Positions 1 through 9,526 of a stretch of 64,000 nt of DNA are shown piece after piece. This DNA comes from Bacilli bacterium. Lineage in GTDB: Bacteria; Bacillota_I; Bacilli_A; RF39; UBA660. The stretch lies in NCBI GenBank assembly GCA_017404385.1, contig JAFRCK010000014.1, positions 18,588-82,587 on the forward strand, given 5' to 3'. The stretch's first letter is position 1; every line of letters begins with the position of its first letter. The translations under genes were made by a program, and so were the position numbers. The notes beneath the pieces are model-generated. The model made no database searches. It was not told the DNA's origin and worked only from the letters and a program-made list of their open reading frames with translations.

Positions 1-206
1 ATTATACCAATTGTTTTTAAAATAGAATAAAATAGCTGTTTCTCTAGTATGCCAACTTTTTCCAAATATTTTGGTAACTTTTGTATTTCTATTTCCAAAA
101 ACATAATATTCATTTGTTTCGTCTAAAAGTACTGCTTCATCCCATGTTTTATATAATTTACCATTATGTTTATATCCATGAATATTACATATCTCACCTT
201 TCTTCA
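1..206 (-). CDS. Partial (N-terminal part) DUF402/Ntdp-like nucleoside di/triphosphatase family protein; gene continues beyond window start
   Basis: Minus-strand ATG at 204-206 gives MKKGEICNIHGYKHNGKLYKTWDEAVLLDETNEYYVFGNRNTKV..., resembling the DUF402 family (xHxYKHDGxLHRxWDE...). Not in the ORF track because it runs off the window. Confidence 0.35.
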
Positions 207-249
207 TATTATTACCTCAGTCCTTGTTATATTATACTCCAAAACTATA

Positions 250-276
250 ATAAAAAAAAGAGAAAAAATCTCTTTT
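250..276 (-). terminator. Rho-independent terminator after ctpA
   Basis: Hairpin aagaga-aaaaa-tctctt (258..274) followed by a T-run on the minus strand. Confidence 0.4.
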
Positions 277-1590
277 TTATTCTTTAATAATTTCAATTGC
301 TTTTTGAAGTTGATTATCATTTTCTCTTATTGCATTGTTATTATATTCTTCTGATAATTCTACTTCAACATCTGGCTCAACACCTTCACCATTTATACTT
401 TTTCCTTTACTTGTTAACCATTCTTGTACAGTATATTTAATTAAAGTATTATTTTTTAATACTTCTGTTTCTTGTACACTACCTTTTCCATATGTTTTCT
501 TTCCAACTAAAGTAGCACCATATTGTTCTTGCATACAAGAAGCCATAATTTCTGATGCCGATGCACTCATCTCATTTACAAGTATAACTACTTTAAAATC
601 TTTTGTTTCATCTGTTTTAGAATAGAATTTTTCAATATTATCCTTAGTTTTCATTTGATATAAAACAGTATCTTTATTAACAAATTTACTTAATATTTCA
701 GTTACCGTAGCCAAATATCCACCGCTATTATCTCTTAAATCAATTATTAATGATTTTATACCTTTTTCTTCTAAATCTTTTAATGCTTTTTCAAATTGAG
801 AATTAGTTAATGATCCAAATAAACTAATTGAAATGTATCCTACATTATCATCTAACATTTCTGAACTAACTGATAATAAAGTAACTATATCTTTTTCTAT
901 TTCAAAAGTAAGTTCTTCATCATTTCTTTTAACTACTACAGTTGCTTTATCTTTATCCTTACTCTTTAAAGTAGTAGCGACTTCTAGTACAGTCATTCCT
1001 TTTGCACTCTTACCATCAATTGATACAAATATATCTCCAATTTCTAATCCAACTTTTTTTGCTGGTGAATCATCAAATACTTTTGTAATTTGTACTTCTT
1101 CTTCACTTTTTTGAATAATTTCAGCACCTATTCCATAGTATTGTCCAGCTAATTGTGTTTCAAATTCTTCTTTTGAATTTTCATCAAAGAACATTGTATG
1201 AGGATCTCCTAATGAAGATAGCATTCCTGAAATTGCTCCATTTATTAAAGTATTATCATCTACATCTTTATAATAGTTTTCTTTTATCGTTGAATAAGCT
1301 TGATATAAAGAATCATATTTTGCATCACCAGAATTACCAGTAATTTTATTATTTCTAATGTTTTTTAATAGTATTGATATTAATAAACCTATAGTTATAC
1401 CCGCTAGTAAAAAACAAAGATATTTAACAAATTTTAAATCTTTTGTATTATTAACTTTATTATTAACAACTTCTTCTTTTTTTATTTCAATAGTTTTTTC
1501 TTCTACTAATGGTTCTTCTTTTTTAGTTCTTTTTTTTGTTTTTGTTACTTTTTGTTTAACAACTTCTGTTTCTTTCTTTTTTCTTTCCAT
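277..1590 (-). CDS. ctpA: S41 family C-terminal processing (tail-specific) peptidase, CtpA-like, with Lys-rich N-terminal region and TM anchor
   Basis: Translation has PDZ plus S41 peptidase motifs (IIDLRDNSGGYL, GASASASEI-like region). N-terminal K-rich segment followed by a hydrophobic helix. Confidence 0.75.
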   Translation of the reverse strand: MERKKKETEVVKQKVTKTKKRTKKEEPLVEEKTIEIKKEEVVNNKVNNTKDLKFVKYLCFLLAGITIGLLISILLKNIRNNKITGNSGDAKYDSLYQAYSTIKENYYKDVDDNTLINGAISGMLSSLGDPHTMFFDENSKEEFETQLAGQYYGIGAEIIQKSEEEVQITKVFDDSPAKKVGLEIGDIFVSIDGKSAKGMTVLEVATTLKSKDKDKATVVVKRNDEELTFEIEKDIVTLLSVSSEMLDDNVGYISISLFGSLTNSQFEKALKDLEEKGIKSLIIDLRDNSGGYLATVTEILSKFVNKDTVLYQMKTKDNIEKFYSKTDETKDFKVVILVNEMSASASEIMASCMQEQYGATLVGKKTYGKGSVQETEVLKNNTLIKYTVQEWLTSKGKSINGEGVEPDVEVELSEEYNNNAIRENDNQLQKAIEIIKE

Positions 1591-1647
1591 TGTCTATCAC
1601 CAATTCTATTATAACATAAAAAAACTATTATAAAATAGTTTTTTGTT

Positions 1648-2202
1648 TTATTTAAGTGCCTCTACTATTTGTTCATCGCCTTCTATATAAGCAGATACAC
1701 TTTTATTACTAATTTTTATTAATGTTGGATCTTTTACTTTTAAGTCAGAATAACCAGTTGGATTTTTGTTACTATCATCTTTAGTAATGTATTTTTTATT
1801 TAGTTGATCTGTTGAATTAACAACGTACATTTTTATCCCATCAGTTTTTAAATCATAATGTTGTTTCCAATTTTTAATAATAGAACTATTATCTTTTGGA
1901 TTATATATTAAAACATAATAATCACTTTCTTTTTGATCAAATACTTGTCCCATTAATATAGTAGTATTATCAATTGAAACTTCTGTTTTTTCTTCTTTTA
2001 CTTCTTCTGAACCAAATTTAATTGTTTTTGTAACAAATATACCTATTATTAAATAACTTCCAATTAAAACTATTAATACTAGTCCTAAAGTCATAACAAA
2101 TCTATTTACATAGTTTGTTTCTTCATATGTGTTTTTATTTTTTTTATCCTGTTTCATTCTTTTTAATGTTTGCTTTCTATTCATATTAATCACCAAAACC
2201 AT
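1648..2202 (-). CDS. Hypothetical membrane-anchored protein (single N-terminal TM)
   Basis: ORF with a hydrophobic segment LGLVLIVLIGSYLIIGIFV after a basic N-terminus. No recognisable family. Confidence 0.4.
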   Translation of the reverse strand: MVLVINMNRKQTLKRMKQDKKNKNTYEETNYVNRFVMTLGLVLIVLIGSYLIIGIFVTKTIKFGSEEVKEEKTEVSIDNTTILMGQVFDQKESDYYVLIYNPKDNSSIIKNWKQHYDLKTDGIKMYVVNSTDQLNKKYITKDDSNKNPTGYSDLKVKDPTLIKISNKSVSAYIEGDEQIVEALK

Positions 2203-2241
2203 TATATCATAAATAAAAAGAAAAAAATAGATATTTAATAT

Positions 2242-3237
2242 CTATTTCATAACAGCTACTGGTGATATGCTTTCAGCAACCTGCATCATCTCTTCGGTTG
2301 TCAAATTATCAGATGATAAATAATACTCTACTCCATTTGATATAAATTCTACTGAATTTTTTGATACCGCACCTACAGTGTCAGTAATAAAATTTGGTTC
2401 TCCACTAACTGGAATATCTTCTACATCATCTTTTATACTTACTGTTTCTTGAATTAAAACAAATGGTGATTCTCCTTGGAAAGTAAGTATTACTCTTTCT
2501 CCATCTTCTTTAGATACGCTCTCTTCTGAAGCTAAATAAGTTCCACTAGGTAAATACATAGGATAAATAGGATCATTTATTTCATTCATTGTTTCTTTTG
2601 TTTCATCACTAGTTGTATTTAAATTTTCTTTAACATCAAAATAACTATCGTTGAATGTTGCTCGTTTATCAAATTCATTATATTTCATCTTCATTTGTAA
2701 ATTATTATCTTCATCATAAACTTCTACTCTATTTATATTTAATTTTTTATCTAAAAATACTTTTTCTTTAACTAAGTTTTTATTATTAGAATAAGCTAAT
2801 TTTGTTTCAACAATATAATTATTATCTTTATCAACCAACTTCATATCCTTATCACTATTAATATCACTAACTAAAGATTCATATAAATATATTTGTGAAC
2901 TATTTTCTGGCCACTTACTTTGAAATTTAAAACTCTTATTTAATGAAGGAGTTAAAACATAAACACCATCATCATTTCTAATTATAATTTGTTCATGATT
3001 ATTATTCTTATTTAATAATTTAACTCTATATTTATCTTCATTTCTTGAAACTTCAACATCATATTTATAAGTATTATCTCCATTATATATTTCTAAATTA
3101 CCTAGCATATGATACCCTTTTAAACTATTTACATTTTTTGTTAAATCTTGTTTTATGCTCTTTTCATCATACTTTTGACAACCAGTAAGAATAAATAGAA
3201 AACCAGTAAGAAAAACTGCTAAAAATATTTTTTTCAT
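2242..3237 (-). CDS. Lipoprotein of unknown function (lipobox LTGC)
   Basis: N-terminus MKKIFLAVFLTGFLFILTGC is a type II signal peptide with lipobox. Rest hydrophilic and N/K/D-rich. Confidence 0.5.
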   Translation of the reverse strand: MKKIFLAVFLTGFLFILTGCQKYDEKSIKQDLTKNVNSLKGYHMLGNLEIYNGDNTYKYDVEVSRNEDKYRVKLLNKNNNHEQIIIRNDDGVYVLTPSLNKSFKFQSKWPENSSQIYLYESLVSDINSDKDMKLVDKDNNYIVETKLAYSNNKNLVKEKVFLDKKLNINRVEVYDEDNNLQMKMKYNEFDKRATFNDSYFDVKENLNTTSDETKETMNEINDPIYPMYLPSGTYLASEESVSKEDGERVILTFQGESPFVLIQETVSIKDDVEDIPVSGEPNFITDTVGAVSKNSVEFISNGVEYYLSSDNLTTEEMMQVAESISPVAVMK

Positions 3238-3295
3238 ATAACACCTCTTTTAAATATTTTCACTAAATTATATTTTTATTTTTATAAAAATATTC

Positions 3296-3325
3296 AAAAA
3301 AAAGAATGTATTAAATACATTCTAA
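3296..3325 (-). terminator. Rho-independent terminator overlapping stop of deacetylase gene
   Basis: Hairpin gaatgtatt-aaa-tacattc followed by a T-run on the minus strand. Confidence 0.45.
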
Positions 3326-4740
3326 TTATTAACTCCGTGATGAGCTTTTGGTGAAGCTGGTGTTAGTTTTTCAAAAGTATAACCATTTGCTTGACCATAT
3401 TGTATTATTCTTTCAACTGCATCAACTGAAAAATCTTTAATGTCATGTTGTAATACAATTGAGCTTCCTTCTTTTAATGTTGATATTACATTATTATATA
3501 CACCATCTGATGTATATGTTCCACCGGCATCTCCAGATGATACATTCCAGTCATAATATTGATATCCTCTTTTCTCTACTTCTTCAGTTAGTATACTCAT
3601 TATATGTATACCTCCATCATAATCAGCACTAACTAAATTTGAACTACCACCTGGAAAACGTATCATAGTAGGTTTTTGTCCTGTTATTCTTTCAACTCTA
3701 TTACTAATAGCGTTTAAATCATCAAAATAGTTTTCTACACTTGAATATACATATGAATAAACATGTGAATTAGTATGTAAAGCAACAGAATGACCCTCAT
3801 CGAACTCACGCTTAATTAATTCATCAGGTCCATTTCCTGTAACAAAGAATGTAGCTTTAACATCATATTTCTTAAGAACATCTAATAACCTACCTGTATT
3901 TTCAGCAGAAGGTCCATCATCAAATGTTAAATATACAACTCTATCACCATTATTAACATCATAAACATTTACTATTCTTTCAGCTTTAGATTCATTACCA
4001 CTTGAATCTTTAGCTTTATACGTTAATGTATAACCACCCGCAACTGATGTATTAACATTTCCTTCAACTGATACTTTTACTTCTCCATCACATTTATCTG
4101 TTGCAGTAGCACCTTCATCTTGAAATGAATCATTTAGTCTTAAACTAATTGTTGAATTACCTTTTAATTCAATAACTGGGCCATCCTTATCTTCAATTTT
4201 TGGATCTATACTTTTTTCTGCTGTATTCTTATTCGAATCAGTAACTGTTATAATTATCTTTTTATCTTTATATTCAACCTTAGCTTTATTAGTTATATCA
4301 CCATCAAAATTATCAGTTACAGTAAATTTAACTTCATTTATTTTGTTATTGGGACATACAGTTGCTGAATCAATTTTTATCTCTGGTTTTTCATTATCAA
4401 CTACTTCAATTTCTTGAGTTATTTTTTCTTTTTTTCCATTATATTCTAGTTCATAATTAATTATTTGTTTACCAAGTTTACTTGTATCTATTTTATTTAA
4501 AATTTTAATTTTTACATTTTTACAATCAAATGCATTTCCATAACAAGCAGTAAAATTGGCTTTTTTAAAATCTGTTTTATAATTGATTGTTATTTTTGAA
4601 TTATATCCCTTTAAATTTAGTTTGTTTTTTAACAAAAAGAAATAACCTAATACACCTAAAACTATTAGAATAACTACTAAAGATATTATCAATAAATGTT
4701 TTTTATTAATTATACTTTTTACCCTTTTTCTACTTCTCAT
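3322..4740 (-). CDS. Membrane-anchored polysaccharide deacetylase (NodB/CE4 domain) with tandem Ig-like repeats
   Basis: C-terminal NodB signature VVYLTFDDGPS...ATFFVTGNG...HTNSH. Central repeated ~45-aa modules (DNFDGDIT / DKCDGEV). N-terminal TM. Confidence 0.7.
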   Translation of the reverse strand: MRSRKRVKSIINKKHLLIISLVVILIVLGVLGYFFLLKNKLNLKGYNSKITINYKTDFKKANFTACYGNAFDCKNVKIKILNKIDTSKLGKQIINYELEYNGKKEKITQEIEVVDNEKPEIKIDSATVCPNNKINEVKFTVTDNFDGDITNKAKVEYKDKKIIITVTDSNKNTAEKSIDPKIEDKDGPVIELKGNSTISLRLNDSFQDEGATATDKCDGEVKVSVEGNVNTSVAGGYTLTYKAKDSSGNESKAERIVNVYDVNNGDRVVYLTFDDGPSAENTGRLLDVLKKYDVKATFFVTGNGPDELIKREFDEGHSVALHTNSHVYSYVYSSVENYFDDLNAISNRVERITGQKPTMIRFPGGSSNLVSADYDGGIHIMSILTEEVEKRGYQYYDWNVSSGDAGGTYTSDGVYNNVISTLKEGSSIVLQHDIKDFSVDAVERIIQYGQANGYTFEKLTPASPKAHHGVNN

Positions 4741-4834
4741 AATATTACCTCAAGTTTATTATAACACCTTTTTAAAAAAAAGAAGTATAATTATTTAAAA
4801 TTTGACTATCATAATAATATGTAAGGAGGAATAT

Positions 4835-5035
4835 ATGAAAACTATTGAAGCTATTGCCATTACTCTAGTTATAATAGGTGCCATAAATTGGGGATTAATT
4901 GGTTTATTTGATTTCAATTTAGTTTCTTTTATATTTGGAGGAATGGATAGTATATTAACAAAAGTAATATATATTTTGGTTGGTATTTCTGGTCTTTTAA
5001 GTATAAAAGTACTTATAGATTTATTTGAAGATTAA
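4835..5035 (+). CDS. Small DUF378-family membrane protein
   Basis: MKTIEAIAITLVIIGAINWGLIGLFDFNLVSFIFGG matches the DUF378 fold (two TM, INWGL motif). RBS aaggagg 6 nt upstream of the ATG at 4835. The track ORF begins at an upstream TTG. Confidence 0.6.
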   Translation: MKTIEAIAITLVIIGAINWGLIGLFDFNLVSFIFGGMDSILTKVIYILVGISGLLSIKVLIDLFED

Positions 5036-5037
5036 AA

Positions 5038-5070
5038 AAGAGGCAAGTATTAATACTTGACCTCTTTTAA
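5038..5070. terminator. Bidirectional hairpin terminator between the DUF378 gene and truA
   Basis: Inverted repeat gaggcaagtat/atacttg(a)cctc with U-runs on both strands. Overlaps the truA stop. Confidence 0.45.
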
Positions 5071-5784
5071 ATATAATCCTTCTGCTGGAGCTGTTTTTGT
5101 TGTTACTTTATTTTCTGTATTTTTAAAATAATAATCTATTTTATTACTTTCTTGTTTTCCTAAAGAAACACTTATTAAATACCCACACATAATTCTAACC
5201 ATATATTTTAAAAAACCATTACCTGTAAAACTAAAAATAATATAATTATCTTTTTTTTCTATAGATGCATTATATATTACTCTATTACAATCTTCTTTTT
5301 TATCTTGATTTGAACAAAATGAAGAAAAATTGTGTCTACCTATAAATCTTTTTATTTCTGTTTTTAACAAATCTACATCTAGTTCTTTACATAATTGATA
5401 TATATAATCTTTCTCTATAGGATTATATTCTCCAACATTAACTTTATAAATATAAGTTTTTTCTTTGACCATATATCTAGCATGAAAATCACTATCAACT
5501 TCTTCAACATCATAAACATAAATAGTATCAGGTACTAAGCTATTAATAGCCCTTTTTAGCTTATATGGAGTAATATTAACTTCTATGTCTACGTGTCCAA
5601 CCTGCATATAAGCTGATACTCCTTTATCTGTTCTTCCAGAAGAAGATAACTTTGTAGTTTTTCCATTATTAATATGTTTTAAAGCATTCTCCATAATACC
5701 CTGAATTGTATTTTCTGAATGTTTTTGTTTTTGATATCCATCAAACTTTGAACCATCATAACTAAATGTTATTTTGTATCTCAC
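5050..5784 (-). CDS. truA: tRNA pseudouridine(38-40) synthase TruA
   Basis: MRYKITFSYDGSKFDGYQKQ...SSGRTDKGVSA is the canonical TruA N-terminus and catalytic Asp region. Confidence 0.85.
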   Translation of the reverse strand: MRYKITFSYDGSKFDGYQKQKHSENTIQGIMENALKHINNGKTTKLSSSGRTDKGVSAYMQVGHVDIEVNITPYKLKRAINSLVPDTIYVYDVEEVDSDFHARYMVKEKTYIYKVNVGEYNPIEKDYIYQLCKELDVDLLKTEIKRFIGRHNFSSFCSNQDKKEDCNRVIYNASIEKKDNYIIFSFTGNGFLKYMVRIMCGYLISVSLGKQESNKIDYYFKNTENKVTTKTAPAEGLYLKEVKY

Positions 5785-5788
5785 ACTA

Positions 5789-6469
5789 TCACCTTATTTC
5801 CCTATATATAGTCTTAATTAATTCATTTATTGAATCTACTTCATCCACATTAATTCCTTTATCTTTAATCTTTTTTATAAAAGTAACAATACTAGGAATT
5901 CTTATATTATTCTCTTTTATTTTATCATAATTATTATATACTTTATATTTATCACCATAATATAATATTTTACCATCATCTATTACAATTAATTCATCTA
6001 TAAATTCATATATATCGTCTATATTAGAACTAACTATAATTATAGTTTTATTAAAAAACTTTTTTAACTTTATAAAAAGTTTTAAAATTTTTACTTTATT
6101 AATTGTATCAAAAGAATCAAGCATTTCATCAAATATAATTATATCTGGATTACATAATAACACTGATGCGATTAATACTTTAGACAATTCACTTTCGCTT
6201 ATTTCATATACACTTTTATTTAAAATATTAATATCTATATCAAGCATCTTTATTATTTCTTCTTTTCTTGCTTCTAATTCTTTTAATCTATATTTATATT
6301 TTTTAACATAATATTCAATTTGTTCTTCTACTATATTCTTTTTTATAATATCATAATTAATAATACCAACTTTTCTTCCTTCTCCAAAACCATTTACAAA
6401 TGTTGTTTTACCGCTACCACTATTTCCACATACACCAATTATTTTTTTCTCATTATTATCTATTTGCAT
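5789..6469 (-). CDS. ABC transporter ATP-binding protein, EcfA2-like (short, degenerate)
   Basis: Walker A GNSGSGKTT. Position downstream of a second ABC ATPase and upstream of truA matches the ecfA-ecfA' context. Confidence 0.55.
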   Translation of the reverse strand: MQIDNNEKKIIGVCGNSGSGKTTFVNGFGEGRKVGIINYDIIKKNIVEEQIEYYVKKYKYRLKELEARKEEIIKMLDIDINILNKSVYEISESELSKVLIASVLLCNPDIIIFDEMLDSFDTINKVKILKLFIKLKKFFNKTIIIVSSNIDDIYEFIDELIVIDDGKILYYGDKYKVYNNYDKIKENNIRIPSIVTFIKKIKDKGINVDEVDSINELIKTIYREIR

Positions 6470-7248
6470 AATTCACCTATTATATCATCCATATTATCAT
6501 ATCTTTTATCTAGTAATTCATACATAATTAGTTTATCAGAAACTTCTATTTCCCATGGTAGCTTAATATTAATATCTTCATTAGTAATTAATTCATCATA
6601 GTTTCCATCAAAGAATACTTTTTTATTATTTATATAAATAATTCTATCTGATAAAGCTAATTCTTTAACATCATTGGTAGTAGAAACAATTGTAATATCT
6701 TTTTGTTTAGATATTTTTTTTATATAATTTAACAATTCATATCTTTTATCAAAATCTAATTTTGAAAAAGCATTATCTAAAAATATAATTTTAGATTCTT
6801 TTAATATAGCTTTTATTAAAGCTACAATTTGATTTTCAGCATATGAAAGTTTTTGAGGAGAATAATTTTCTAGATATAATAAATTAAACTCATCTAACAT
6901 TTTTTTTACTTTATTAATATCAAAAGAACTAACACTCTTTCTATCTTGTAGTATTTCACTCAAAACAGTTTTAGAAAAAAACTCATTATAAGAAGTAATA
7001 AAAGCGCTTTTTTTTGTTATTTCATCAACATTAAATTTATTTACCTGTATACCATCTATTTTTATATTGTTATCTGAAATTAAAGAGCCACTTAGTAATC
7101 TTAATAATGTTGTTTTGCCTACACCATTTTCACCTATAATTGAAACATAACTTCCTTTTTCAATATCTATAGTAATATCTTTAAAAAGGACTTTATTAGA
7201 AGTACTATAATTAATGTTGTGTGCTTCAATTATATTCATACTACTCAC
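6460..7248 (-). CDS. ABC transporter ATP-binding protein, EcfA1-like
   Basis: Walker A GENGVGKTT, ABC signature LSYAENQ, Walker B IIFLDNAFSKLD. Confidence 0.6.
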   Translation of the reverse strand: MSSMNIIEAHNINYSTSNKVLFKDITIDIEKGSYVSIIGENGVGKTTLLRLLSGSLISDNNIKIDGIQVNKFNVDEITKKSAFITSYNEFFSKTVLSEILQDRKSVSSFDINKVKKMLDEFNLLYLENYSPQKLSYAENQIVALIKAILKESKIIFLDNAFSKLDFDKRYELLNYIKKISKQKDITIVSTTNDVKELALSDRIIYINNKKVFFDGNYDELITNEDINIKLPWEIEVSDKLIMYELLDKRYDNMDDIIGELCK

Positions 7249-7277
7249 CTCTAAACAAGTTTATATTATACTTTATT

Positions 7278-7314
7278 ATTCAAAAAAAAGAAATTACTTT
7301 TTAGTAATTTCTTA
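7278..7314 (-). terminator. Rho-independent terminator after the DUF1292-like gene
   Basis: 11-bp stem aagaaattact/agtaatttctt with loop tttt, then an 8-U run on the minus strand. Confidence 0.55.
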
Positions 7315-7563
7315 AATTCCTTCTTGCTTAAGTCTAATTCTTTCATCAAATAATGGAGATAGTTTTCTTAATAATTCAGGATCCTCTACATCTGTTAAAA
7401 CTAATTTTCCATTTTTTATTTCTTGAAAAACTATTTTAATATCATTTTCATCTTCAACATTTAATATTAAATCATATGTATCATATTCAAATAATATATC
7501 TTCTAAAACAAAATATTGTTTACCATTTTTTAAAGTAACTAACTCATATTCTAATTTATCCAT
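7312..7563 (-). CDS. Small acidic protein, DUF1292-like
   Basis: 83 aa, acidic, with a pattern (ELVTLKNGKQYFVLEDILFEYDTYDLIL) reminiscent of the YrzB/DUF1292 family. Confidence 0.35.
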   Translation of the reverse strand: MDKLEYELVTLKNGKQYFVLEDILFEYDTYDLILNVEDENDIKIVFQEIKNGKLVLTDVEDPELLRKLSPLFDERIRLKQEGI

Positions 7564-7574
7564 ATTATTACCTC

Positions 7575-8420
7575 CTACATTAATGATTTTAGGTAAGGAA
7601 ATACATGTCCTTCCATAACATCTTCTGATTCATATATAACGCTAATTACATCTTTTCTTGTTTCATGAGATACAACTTCGTTATCATATTCTTCATTAAA
7701 TAAATCTATATTATTAGGTGTAACTTCTGGTTCTATATTAGTATTATAATCAAAATTATTAATTTCAGGTTCTATATTATTTTCAAAAGTTGGTTCGTTT
7801 AACTCAATTTCATCATTATATTCTTCATCAAATTTTGGTAATTCAAAGCTTTGAGTTTCTTCACTTACTTCTTTTGGAGTTTCCTCTTCAACTTTTTCAC
7901 CAATTTCTTTTAGAACACTATTAAGAGATTCTTTTCTTTTATTATATTCTTGTTCAAGTAATTCATTCATTTTTTCTTTTTCTTCTTCTAATGCTTTAGT
8001 TAAAGTTTCATTACCCTCACAAGCTCTAATAGCATCTTCTATAGAAGAAATTTTTGAATTACATTTAGCAGAAATATCTTTTAATGAATCAATATAATTA
8101 ACTTGTTTACCTTGTTCTTCTAATTTAATACTTTCTATTTTTTCTTTTCTATCTAAAATATCTTGTTCTTTCTTTGAAAACTCTTCAAAAGCTTCTTCTT
8201 TTTCTTTTGTTAATTGTTCCTTAAATTCATTTAATCTATCTTCAAAATCTTTTTCAGTTTGTTCTTTTTGATTACTTAATAATTCTAAATCTGAATCTAA
8301 ACCTGATATTACATTCCCAAGTTTATCAATTACTTCATTATCTTTTTCTAAATATACTTTTAATTCTTCAGGAACAGTTGATTCAAGAACTTCTTCTTCG
8401 ATATTTATTTTTTCTTCCAT
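7575..8420 (-). CDS. Highly acidic coiled-coil protein of unknown function
   Basis: 281 aa, E/K-rich heptad-like segments, no TM. Separated by 11 nt from the downstream gene, suggesting an operon. Confidence 0.4.
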   Translation of the reverse strand: MEEKINIEEEVLESTVPEELKVYLEKDNEVIDKLGNVISGLDSDLELLSNQKEQTEKDFEDRLNEFKEQLTKEKEEAFEEFSKKEQDILDRKEKIESIKLEEQGKQVNYIDSLKDISAKCNSKISSIEDAIRACEGNETLTKALEEEKEKMNELLEQEYNKRKESLNSVLKEIGEKVEEETPKEVSEETQSFELPKFDEEYNDEIELNEPTFENNIEPEINNFDYNTNIEPEVTPNNIDLFNEEYDNEVVSHETRKDVISVIYESEDVMEGHVFPYLKSLM

Positions 8421-8507
8421 AATAAAACACCTCTTCTTATTCTATATATAAAGTATATCAATTATAATAATTTATGTCAATAAAAAGAGTGGAATTAATT
8501 TCCACTA

Positions 8508-9515
8508 TTAAATATCCATGTCTTTTCTATTTACTTCAAATACATATACTTCTTCTGCCATTATAATAAATCTGCTTTGATCATTAGAAACCTTATCATA
8601 AATAATTGGTCTATCTAAATTATTTCTAACATCTAATAATTCTTTAAAGCTTGTTGTTTTAATAACATTCTTTTTATCATCTAATTTTGTTGATGAAGAT
8701 TCAGTAATATAAGTGTCATATTCTTTTAATAATTTAGTAATATATCTATCATATTTGCTTTCTTTTTTAATCCTATTTCTAACTAAATATACTAGTATTA
8801 TTACTGAAACTAAAGCTAAAGACATAAATAATACTGATAAAACAAACATTAATTTATTGATAAACGATTCTTTTGTTTCTCCCATATATGATGATGTTTC
8901 ATTTATATCATTACTTTTATTAATAACTATCATTTGTTTTGATAAAGGTATAGTCATAGCCATTACTTTACTTTGACTAATTTCCTTATCTATACTCTTA
9001 TAATCTACTATATAATCAACAACTAAATTACAATCAGCATTTATACCATAATTTGTTTTAAATTCGTTAGTTAATTTATTATATTTTCCATAATCTATTT
9101 TAAGTTCATCACTTAAATTAATATCTTTAGAATCTTTATAATCATTATTTAATAATTCTTCTTGCTTTGTGTATATAACTTTGTTATTATCATCAGAATC
9201 AGTTATTTTTATATTAGCTACTATTTTTCTGTTAATATTATATTTTTTATCTGTTTCATAATTAATGTTATATTTATAGTTCACTGTTATATTATTGATT
9301 ATTGAAGAAATATATTGCATTCCTTCACCCAAGAATTTTTCACTATAATAATTGTTTTGATTTAAATAAACTTTATAATTAGTACTTCCTGATTCTTTAT
9401 AATTAATTTCACTTATTGTTGTTATTGTATTTGATTTATTATAAAAGAACAAACTAACTAAAGTTAAAACCGCTGTTATAGCAACTAAAATTATTTCACT
9501 TCTATTCTTTTTCAT
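8508..9515 (-). CDS. Bitopic/two-TM membrane protein of unknown function (TM, ~190-aa exposed domain, TM, ~100-aa tail)
   Basis: Hydrophobic segments IILVAITAVLTLVSLFF and LMFVLSVLFMSLALVSVIILVYLV. Lies 11 nt downstream of the signal peptidase fusion gene. Confidence 0.4.
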   Translation of the reverse strand: MKKNRSEIILVAITAVLTLVSLFFYNKSNTITTISEINYKESGSTNYKVYLNQNNYYSEKFLGEGMQYISSIINNITVNYKYNINYETDKKYNINRKIVANIKITDSDDNNKVIYTKQEELLNNDYKDSKDINLSDELKIDYGKYNKLTNEFKTNYGINADCNLVVDYIVDYKSIDKEISQSKVMAMTIPLSKQMIVINKSNDINETSSYMGETKESFINKLMFVLSVLFMSLALVSVIILVYLVRNRIKKESKYDRYITKLLKEYDTYITESSSTKLDDKKNVIKTTSFKELLDVRNNLDRPIIYDKVSNDQSRFIIMAEEVYVFEVNRKDMDI

Positions 9516-9526
9516 TTTATCACCCT

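Noticed and set aside
81-354. Plus-strand ORFs 81..287 and 166..354 at the window start
   Set aside because: They overlap a better-supported minus-strand DUF402-like gene (1..206) and the ctpA terminator region. Their translations are low-complexity, and no RBS is present.
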